A model generated the notes under the pieces. That model had not been told where the DNA came from. It saw nothing but the letters and a program-made list of their open reading frames with translations, and ran no database searches. This document shows positions 14,490 to 64,000 of a stretch of 64,000 nt of DNA, one piece after another (within the stretch, counting starts at the first letter, position 1; every line of letters begins with the position of its first letter). The DNA lies in NCBI GenBank assembly GCA_030141605.1, contig JAQGDQ010000311.1, positions 1-64,000 of the forward strand. Reading direction: 5' to 3'. Source of the stretch: Tubiluchus corallicola (lineage: Eukaryota; Animalia; Priapulida). The position numbers and the translations under genes were made by a program.

Positions 14490-14805
14490 CTGATATTGCT
14501 GTTATTGTTGTTGCTGTTGCTGTCGTCGTCGTCATCGTTACTGTCATTACTTTTGCTGAAAATAGTTGTTGCTGCTGGTGTTTTTGCTACGTCTGTTGTA
14601 GTGTTGTTGTTGTTGTTGCTGCTGCTGTTGCTGTTGTCATTGTTGTTGTTGTTGCTGCTGTTGGTGATGCTGTTGCCATTGTTGTTGCTGCTGCTACTGT
14701 TGCTTTTTTATTGTTGCTGCTAATGTTGCTGTTGCTGTTACTGTTGTCGTTGTTTTTTATTATTGTTGTTGTTGCTGTTGGTGCTGTTGTTTTTTTTGTT
14801 ATTGT

Positions 14806-14839
<34 letters not shown>

Positions 14840-14840
14840 T
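14490..14840. repeat. Degenerate (GTT/GCT)n microsatellite
   Basis: Direct inspection; explains the poly-V/L ORFs. Confidence 0.9.
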
Positions 14841-17122
14841 ATCAATATGTTTTTGTTTACCCATCTTTGAATTTTGCTGGTTTGGCTGTTTCAACTTGCA
14901 CTTACTTCAGTTTCACCATATTTCATTAAGGAAATCGTTTCGATGCTTTACTTGCTCTGCCGTATGACACTAATAAATTCAAGCAGGGACAGTAAAATTT
15001 CCACAACTCTTTATTAAGCTATAATGGTGAGCTTAGGACTGCAACCTTTCTTACATGGATGTACCGTGATATTCTGAAACATTCGAACTGTTAAACTCTC
15101 AATACACTATTCGTGCTAAACTACAACCATTGATCAATACCATAATGGTATTTAGTCTACATACATCTTATCCTGTGGCTTTCATTTATACTACAAGGTC
15201 CTGAACAATCCGCCTTCAAAATATTTGAATTTGTCCTGCGTGTGGCGTCGGACAGGCACTGAATTAGGAATCCTTCGGTCAGTATTTGTACGCTGGACGA
15301 TCTATGTACTCAAAACACCATCACCGATTCGTCTTCAAAGTCCACCGCCATTTGCTTAGACAACATCTCAAGATGTTCCGGCTCAAGACGTTAGTTTGCG
15401 TCGTCTGCCACTGGGTTCAATCATTCCCTCGTTATCCTCTATGTTAGCTGTCCACGCATCGCCACAGGTGATAATCATTTCACAATTTATAAAAATTATT
15501 TCTACAGTACAGAGAAATAGTTATAAACGTTCAAATTGCATCATTTTGTAATAAATAACGAATCTACGAACTGTTAGTTATGAATTTTGGCAAGACGCCA
15601 ACTGAAACTAACAAGTTTATCATGGTACTTGCTTCTCTCTGTTGTAATTTAAACGTCCAGTGTTTTGAAGGTATATTTGTTTCATTTGAAGTTTAAAACC
15701 CTTGTTGAATTTTTACAGAAAGTGTATGAAAGAATGAATATTGGTCATGTGATCGATTTGTGAACTTGAGGACAATATTTGTGGCCTACTTCGGTATTTC
15801 TTAGTCAAATAAACATGATTTTTCCCACATGTAAATACAGCGAGAGTAACACATGCGCAGTGTCGTTTCTAACGCGACGTCACTTCCGCTTTCTTCCCCG
15901 ATTTTTCGTTTTTCACAAGTGCGGCGCTAAGTTTGAAGTGTTTCAATGCTAACCAAAGGGAAAAGCACAAGTTTATGAAGAAATGAACCCGTTTTTTGTA
16001 TCAGGCTGGTTATTTTGACAGCAAGTGTCTACCAGGGTGTCAGTGGATCTTTAAATATTGCAGCTATAAAGAATCCAAATTATTCGAAAATTTGGTTTTG
16101 CCTTCTGTCGTAATTGCAAAGAAATGCACCCTTATGATGAGATGACTTGATTCGAAATAGAGTAATACATTTTCTTAGGGCTGGTTCACAGCGGAACCCT
16201 GTTTAGAGTTGATTATGGACTTGGATCTTTGGCATATTCGCAGCTACTTCAGTAGATATTTTTGCTCGATTCTTTCACCTCAATGGATACTTAACTAAAG
16301 CCACAAATTGTAATGCCGTCACCACACTGAATTTTGACATAAGAGCGTTTACACAGGTATGCGGTTTTTTGTTGTGATGGCGCCGGTAAATATAATGGAT
16401 CCGGGGACGGCAACTCTGGCTTTCATACACCACACTTTTACAGTTACCAGATCTAATGAGAACTCTGAGAATTAAGACGCTTGTATAACAGTTACGGGTC
16501 GGTCGGTCGACCTCACAAACCGTACAACTAAGTCTGACGTAATACGCAAAAACTGTTAACATCAGACAAGGAACTCAATGTGTACTTGCCCTTAAGACCA
16601 TTTCATAACAGATTCTCCCCACTGGCATTAATGCAAATATTCAACATGCGTTCAACACGTGATTTTATTATCGAGTGTATCCTTACCAATGTTAAGATCG
16701 GAATGCAGTGTTGTCCCCAAGAGAGCATCTAAACCACTGCCCTGGCGGAATGTAATAATAATATTCCAAATGCGTTTCGTTGTTTATTATTACACCGCGT
16801 GCTCTTATTTCATTGGACAGTCTCTGTCAACAAGTGAAAATGTTGCCAACACGTGAGGAGGTTTGCCCAACTCAGCTCCTGCCTCTGGTTCTTTGCGATA
16901 AGTGCATTTCGGTGTTGTACGACTATGAAAACACTTGGAATGTTTCCTAGAATTCAAGGTATCGACCTATTTATGGGTAGCAAACTCGGCAGAATGAATA
17001 ATCCAGCGAAGAGACTACGTTAGACTGATCACACTGTCTCTACCTTTTCAATTAGTTTAAAAAAATCATTCTTTGATAATTTAGCAAATTAGACGCTAAG
17101 GTCTACTAATTTTATTCTTGGC

Positions 17123-17925
17123 TGTAATGTAATGTAATGCATACAGCGCACTACATGACTTAAAATCTCAGCACGCTGAACAATATAATACATTTGAAAT
17201 TCATAAGAAACAAAATTTAAAAGACATTAAAAATTAAAAATAATTTGTCATAAAAAATACAATTTAAACAAACGTGTTTTAAGATGTTATTTAAAAGACA
17301 TAGACATAGACATAGACATAGACATAGACATAGACATAGACATAGACATAGACATAGACATAGACATAGTCATAGACATTTTTATTTGTCTCCTCGTTTA
17401 CACCTGTATACAAATTGACAATTTGTTTTTTAGTTATTGATTAAAAAGGATAAATTAAGCATAAAGGAAAGAGTTAAGGGGGGGTGAAGGAGAAAGGGTA
17501 GCGATCTAATGACAATCTAATGAATTTGTAGAACGTATAGCAACAGGTAAGTTATTTCAGAGATGTGAAGCACAAAGAGAAAAAACTTTTTCACCGTAGA
17601 ATATTGTATTAGAAGTTGACTGATGTAATTAATTTGTACATTAGAATGAAGTGTTCGGGGTACGTTACAACTTATTAAAAGATCAGTAAGGTATACAGGT
17701 GCCAAAGGGGGTAATATTTTGAAGGTGATACAAAGAATTTTAAATTGAATTCGGAACTTTATCGGTAACCAATGTAACTCTCTTAGAATGGGTGTAATAT
17801 GATCGTATTTTCTAGTTTTCACAATGAGACGGGCAGCAGAGTTGTGAATTAGTTGGAGTTTGCGATTTTCATATTCAGGGAGTCAAAAAAATAAACTATT
17901 GCAATAATGAAGTTTGGACGTTTGG
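17123..17925 (-). mobile_element. L2-clade LINE 3' fragment, interrupted by (GACATA)n
   Basis: ORF 17517..17822 has RKYDHITPILRELHWLPIKFRIQFKILCITFK, typical of the L2 ORF2 C-terminus. (CATTA)n-type tail at ~17123-17138 on the minus strand. (GACATA)n at 17296-17378. Confidence 0.85.
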
Positions 17926-18156
17926 ATGTGAAATAAGGTTTCCTACAACATGCAGTCATCACACTTTTGTGGCAAATTAATTAGCTGTTGCTGCGAGTAA
18001 GTTTGTTAGTACCTCCACTTTGTTAGTAATAAAAGGTGTTATATTGTTCAGGTGAACGAACACAGTTATAATTCCACAGGCATTGTTTGATTCGTCTCTA
18101 CTCGTTGCTTTGTCGATCAGTCACTTATTCGATCAGCACAAGTTGAAAAGTGCCTC

Positions 18157-18510
18157 AGTCAGTCAATCAGTTGTCAATCCGTAGGTTAGACAGTCAGTAA
18201 GTCAGTCAGTCAATCAGCTGTCTATCCGTTGGTTAGTCAGTCAGTCAGTCAGTCATTTAATCAACCAACTAGAAAGCCAGCCAGTAAGTCGTTCACTCAG
18301 TCAGGCAATCAGCTGTCCATCGGTCGGTCAGCCGGTCGGTCAGTCATTTAATCAGCCAACTAGCAAGCCAGCCAATAAGTCGGTCAGTCAGGCGGTCGGC
18401 TAGTCAGTCATTCACTCACTCACTCAGTCACTTGACAATTTAATCTACCAACAAACTGGTCACTCACTCAATCAACTAACTGACTGGCTAATTGAATGAC
18501 TAGTCAGACT
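18157..18510. repeat. Degenerate (CAGT)n-type simple repeat
   Basis: Direct inspection; a similar tract lies at ~31350-31800. Confidence 0.7.
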
Positions 18511-19780
18511 ATCAATTATATAGTGAATCCTTGTTTTTTAACGAATTACACTCGCCGGTTGTCGTTGCTCGAATGAAAGAGGCAAACTTAGCATCCACCC
18601 AAAGCAGTTCTAACATTGTTATTGTAATCCAATGGGTAATTGTTAGACATTAACAACAATTCCTTGCTATAATTTAGTTGCTAAGTAGCCACAATAAACA
18701 GGCTGTTCGATACAGGGTGTAAGTTGCAAGCGAAAGGGTTATAAATGCAAGACGTGCTCCACCTGCAACAGGAAATGAACGTGTAACACGTATATATGAC
18801 CACTGAATTTACAACTATGACATGTTTGATTGAATGTCAGAAGCAAAATATTCCGTAGCGTTGAAGGATGAGTTATTTAAAGCACAACAAGGCCTCCTAA
18901 CCTGTACGTGATCAGTAATAGGTAGGCAGGATTTCTCAACAAACAAATTTTTGTCAACAAAAGATCCTCACGTACGAAAACGGTTCGCGCATGACAAGTA
19001 ACGTCTTATTTTTTTAACATATATATCATTTTAAGAGAAATGCCATAATATTATTTATATATAATTTGATTATATATGGAGAGCTGAACAGGCGTGCTTT
19101 CGAAACATTATTGTTCATAGTAAAATTCTTTATAGATAATATTGTGGGATTCAGTAACTTCAGTTGATTCTTGACATAAAAATTATTTAGCAATGATAAT
19201 ACTCGCGCAGAGACGATCTTTGTGAAAATAAGAAACTGTTAAAACTTCTTAACCATCCATAATTACCAACAAACTGTAGTCTGTTACACTGTAAACTCAC
19301 TAACTCTAGTCTCTCTTGCAGTTTTGTCATTACTGATTAATGTTTTTAGAGAGGCAGGCCTATTAGCTCTCCGTCATGATAAATGGCAGCACATTGCAGT
19401 AACTCTATCGTAATAAAATTGCAGCAGCTGTCATGTCGTATGTCATACTTTCTTCTTAACTGTTAGCCACTTCATAGCAGCAGTCTGGAAAAAATCAAGT
19501 TGACATTATGGCTAAGGAAGTAAAAAGTTAAACGGTTTTTAAAGTCACTATCTACAATATAGCCATGTACTCAAATTTCCCAGTAGAATATTGCCTAGAT
19601 GTTTGTGCATTTCTCTACTTGGCTGCTTGTAGGGGAGTTTTTTGTTTTCTTGTTTTGAAATTAATTTCCAGGAGGGCTGGAATTACAGTGTTACTACTCG
19701 GCGTGTATTGAAAACTGTAGTTTAGTTCTCAACATTTTGCAATCATATATGTTGCTGTTTAATGACTTGAAGGACAGGAA

Positions 19781-20437
19781 AGGGGTACCTGAAGTAGGTT
19801 TCCGAAAAATCGCTAAAAATTATATTACTTTATAGCAATTTTATGCGTACATCGTTCTTGCGTTGAAAGGTTTTTTGTTTGTTTTCATTTTGAATTTCCC
19901 GCGATACTGTTCCGACTGCGCCATTACATGACGTCACCTGTGTAAGCGTAAATCAGGGGAAGAAAAGGAAATGTTGAATTTCTTCACAAAAAATTTCCCA
20001 TGCAAGTCTATATTATTTCCGTTTCGCTTACCTACTGGAAAGACTTATGTAACTAGAAAAGAACATTATTAATTACTTAAAACGTTTTCATCAATTGGTA
20101 AAATGTCGCTGACTCACACTCCAGGGTGCACCACGCACTAACCAAAAAACGTGTCTTCACTCTTATTGACAACATACAGTAATTTAAAATTTTATTTAGT
20201 TAGTGACGTGTGGCCTATGAATCCTGTGATTATTTTTTCAAACTTTACTCAGTGTTATCTAAACTTGTTTTAAGTGACTTATCATCAAAATGACGGTTAT
20301 CGCGGGACTTCGAGTTTACAGGTTTTATACTGCGTTACTGCCGACTCTAGCCCTGTATGCAAAGGCAGCACGTAAATGGTATAAAATTTCAAGACGAATT
20401 TAGTAAGCTTTAAGTAAGTGGAGGGTTTTGTTGTGCT
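19781..20437 (+). mobile_element. Interspersed repeat (non-autonomous DNA-transposon-like), copy 1
   Basis: Colinear direct match over ~650 bp to 44606-45247 (CCTGAAGTAGGTTT, ATACTGTTCCGACTGCGCCATTACATGACGTCA, CTCCAGGGTGCACCAC). Confidence 0.75.
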
Positions 20438-22007
20438 TAGACAGGTCTCGGTCTCACGCCGCCTTTACAGCGCGCAGCAGAACATCAGCAGTCTTCGCGA
20501 CGATCGCTTGTTTTGTTTTTTGTTGAGTCTATGCGAGGATGATGACCGTACTAAAACTGCTTGTTTTACTGTAACCATTTACTTGTTCTAAACAATTATT
20601 TATGAATGCATTTTTGTTACGAATTGCGTAGAATTGGATATAATGTTATTGGATTGGAGCTGATGATGGCTAACGTGTGTGGGCTACCAAGATGCCACCA
20701 GAGCAGCAAATGTGGACATTACGGGCTTTAGAAGGCGGGCATTTATGTGACTGTGATTACTGTCATTGTGAACGGAAGAAAATGACAAGGTTTTAGCCAG
20801 TCTAAATAACGTTACAGTGTAGAGATTAAAACACGGCTGTGTCATAGATGTAAGTTGGGCCTTCGAAATCTTATGGGACCTAATTACTGGAGCTGGGCTC
20901 TTCGCCAGTAGAAAGTGTTTCATCTATGACGACCGAATATCTTATAAGCATGTGGAAATATAGAGTAGGTGTGCTGATTTAAACTTGTGTTGCACCCTCT
21001 TTTCTGTTATAAACTGGTTTCCTTTTAAACAGGTCATGTGACCAGTCTTTTCCCTGTACACTTACCTGTAGATTGGAGTAACTCAGGCATTGACACACTG
21101 CAGTGACAGATTGTTTAGCGTCATTCATTGATTCGTTGTTATAATTTCATAATTACACTTATAGAAGATCACCATGCAAGTTGATTTATTAATTTCTTAA
21201 ATCTTGAACCTTTGTTTATTAAAAAGACTAGAGATTAGATTTTATAATTTGCGTAAACGTTTGTTAAAGCTAATTACATCAATTTGGTTTAGATTTCGCC
21301 GTAAAATTGAGCAAAATTATATAAAATTATCTTATTTGTTTTCAGATTAAACGATACAAGCTGCACAATTATGTTGTTGGAGATTTTTTATAAGAAGGTA
21401 GCACAGTAGGATTCTGGAAACAGATAAACCTTGTCAGTAAACCTTCCATCTACTTTAGTCCAAACTTAATCTCTTCTTGCAGGGTCAGTGCTGTTAAAGT
21501 CCTGCACAGGATATTATTGGCTGAACGTTATACTTAGTAATGTAGCCTTTAAGCCAATAAATCATCGTTTAACCCACTATTAGTTAAGCCAAGTCGTGAC
21601 TAAAACAGTAATTACACGTTGCGCTATGCATTAGAATGTGGCTAAACATGCTTTGATGCCAAGAAAACAACAATGCATGCGCTTCATAGTGAACAATCAT
21701 TTACGCTGTGTTTAGGTTTTTGTTCATAAATGGTCCTACATGGTTTCTTTATAAAATAACAGGATTTTTTTAAAGATACTTAATAAAATACTGTGTGGGA
21801 ATGATTGGCCGGGTGTAAGTAAGATTGTATTAAATGGGATGATCAAAATAATGGATCGAAATGGATTGGACAGGAGTGAACTAAATTTGATAGATTTGAA
21901 TGAAGCCATCCTGTGGACTAAAGTAAAACCTATTCTCAATTTTTGAATCGTGAATCTTTGAAGCAATCTTCACGTATTCAGGGGCAATAGCATCCCACAT
22001 TCTGTAT

Positions 22008-23016
22008 TAGTACCAGTTTAACCTGTGGTTATAACTTTCACGAGTTGAGTACCAGTTTAACTTGTGGTTATAACTTTCACGAGTTGAGTACCAGTTTAAC
22101 TTGTGGTTATAACTTTCACGAGTTGAGTACCAGCTTAACCTGTGGTTATAACTTTCACGACTTGAGTACCAGTTAACCTGTGGTTATAACTTTCACGTGT
22201 TGAGTACCAGTTTAACCTGTGGTTATAACTTTCACGACTTGAGTACCAGTTTAACCTGTGGTTATAACTTTCACGAGTTGAGTACCAGCTTAACCTGTGG
22301 TTATAACTATCACGAGTTGAGTACCAGCTTAACCTGTGGTTATAACTTTCACGAGTTGAGTACCAGTTTAACTTGTGGTTATAACTTTCACGACTTGAGT
22401 ACCAGTTAACCTGTGGTTATAACTTTCACGTGTTGAGTACCAGTTTAACCTGTGGTTATAACTTTCACGACTTGAGTACCAGTTTAACCTGTGGTTATAA
22501 CTTTCACGAGTTGAGTACCAGCTTAACCTGTGGTTATAACTATCACGAGTTGAGTACCAGCTTAACCTGTGGTTATAACTTTCACGACTTGAGTACCAGT
22601 TAACCTGTGGTTATAACTTTCACGAGTTGAGTACCAGTTTAACCTGTGGTTATAACTTTCACAAGTTGAGTACCAGTTTAATCTGTGGTTATAACTTTCA
22701 CGAGTTGAGTACCAATTTAACCTGTGGTTATAACTTTCACGAGTTTAGTACCAATTAACTTGTGGTTATAACTTTCACGAGTTGAGTACCAGTTTAACCT
22801 GTGGTTATAACTTTCACGAGTTGAGTACCAGTTTAACCTGTGGTTATAACTTTCACGAGTTGAGTACCAGTTAACTTGTGGTTATAACTTTCACGAGTTG
22901 AGTACCAGTTAACTTGTGGTTATAACTTTCACGAGTTGAGTACCAGTTAACTTGTGGTTATAACTTTCACGAGTTGAGTACCAGTTTAACCTGTGGTTAT
23001 AACTTTCACGACTTGA
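22008..23016 (+). repeat. 39-bp minisatellite (~26 copies)
   Basis: Unit GAGTACCAGTTTAACCTGTGGTTATAACTTTCACGAGTT with 38-bp variants; no spacers, so not CRISPR. Confidence 0.97.
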
Positions 23017-24376
23017 GAGTAGGGGTATGTGTAAGTAGAGCTCATTTTGCTTTTAACATTACTGTTTAGAACTATGCAACTGTGGTCAAATACAAACTTA
23101 GTACAGATTGTGAATTTAAGACCCAGTGCTAAGACACCTGAACTAAATTTTTCTTATCTATAAGTCATGATCTTAATCAAGAAAAGAGTCTTTCTGTTAA
23201 ACTCGTGGTTAATTATCTATTGTGTGTGACGGTGTACTCCAGACAGGTAATGAGGGCGTTAGTTTCACAATATTCATCTAAGTATTAGCTAAACAATGAA
23301 TTCTCTTATCCTAGTAAGCCCTGGTTTCATACCTGCATAGGGACAATAGATTGTTGTAATTTGAGTTGGGTGGCAGAGAATCAGAATAGAAACTTGTATT
23401 TTTGTCTTTAAAATAAATTACGCGCATAAACAAAAGTGAAGGTAGCTCTTGTAGTTACTTCCGCCCGAAGATACCTCTTGTAGTTACTTCCGCCCGATTT
23501 TATCACGCGTTTTAATGCATTATTGATTTTTTAAGTAAGCCTCTCGTTTTCCTCTGAAAAATGAAATTGCGTGACTGCTTTGCTCCCCAACAATTCCCTC
23601 CGGAAGTGTAATGTGGTATGTGTCGTTATTGTGTATCCTAGCTGTTAGGTTTGTGCGCTAAAATTTGAATGACAGTGACGAGTGATAATGAGTCATGCCA
23701 GTCTGCACTCAATTTAAAGTTTGCTGATTGTTTGCTTTGTAAATGCATGTACAGTACACTGCTTCGTTGTTTATCGTAACAAGTTAGCACAGATCATTTT
23801 AAGCAAACATTTACACAATAAATATTACGTACAAGATTAACAAATTAGCATGTAATTATGAAAAAAAAAGATGTTTTGATTAACATGGACTGAATTCCTA
23901 GTGGCCTTGCTTGCCATGTGCCAAAAAAGCCATGCAGATGCAAAAACTTACAATCTGTTGTAGCAAAATGATCAAGTTGTAGCCATAATACAAACCTGTA
24001 CAGGAGAGGAATTATACAACTGTCTTTTCTGACAAGTGATTTTGTTGGAATAAATTGAAACTCTGACTTCTTTCATACTTGAGCATCTCTCGCATCACTT
24101 CATAGACATATTCACATACAATGCTAATGTTTAAATTACTGCCCTGAACACGATCTGCTGGTTTGGTCAATTTGATATGCGGTTACTCGCCCAGTTACCG
24201 AAACACCGCGTTCACACATTGCCGTTATATCTTGCACATGCGAACTCACCCGTAGGGGAATTTGTACACAATCGGTTAGTTTAAGCATTAGCTGGCTGGC
24301 TGTAGACTTGCTTGATTTTTTAAAGACATTATTTATTTTAAGACAATTTTTTATTCGAGTTGTTGTTTCTTTTCAG

Positions 24377-64000
<39,624 letters not shown>

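Noticed and set aside
21346-21417. Candidate upstream slit exon (tttcag|ATTAAACGATAC...AAG|gta)
   Set aside because: The translation (LNDTSCTIMLLEIFYKK) lacks the LxxLxLxxNxL pattern and does not end in the phase-2 position used by the real LRR exons.
22008-23016. Possible CRISPR array or repeat protein (LSTSLTCGYNFHE)n
   Set aside because: Head-to-tail units without unique spacers, eukaryotic context, and 38-bp variants that break the frame.

Overview
AT-rich animal genomic DNA, most likely from a protostome invertebrate. The window holds the internal part of one slit gene (secreted LRR/EGF Robo ligand) on the + strand. I traced 26 GT-AG-bounded coding exons by hand from 24377 to the window end at 64000 (2920 nt, about 973 codons, all phases compatible). 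They encode the end of LRR domain D1, all of D2, D3 and D4, EGF1-5 and the start of EGF6. The 5' exons and the LamG/EGF/cystine-knot 3' end lie outside the window, and I found no exon in the first 24.4 kb, which is probably the tail of one very large intron. The introns carry mini- and microsatellites, MITEs (TTAA-, TA- and 8-bp-TSD types), LINE 3' remnants, tRNA-derived SINE heads, an apparently complete 5S-rRNA-headed SINE with an 11-bp TSD and RTE-like tail, and an internally deleted DD41D Tc1/mariner element inserted into a minisatellite unit. Most ORFs in the supplied track are repeat artefacts. I found no clearly new biological system. The best leads are the 5S-headed SINE, inverted TE pairs bracketing in-frame exon blocks, a four-fold duplicated splice donor and a variant Slit cleavage site.
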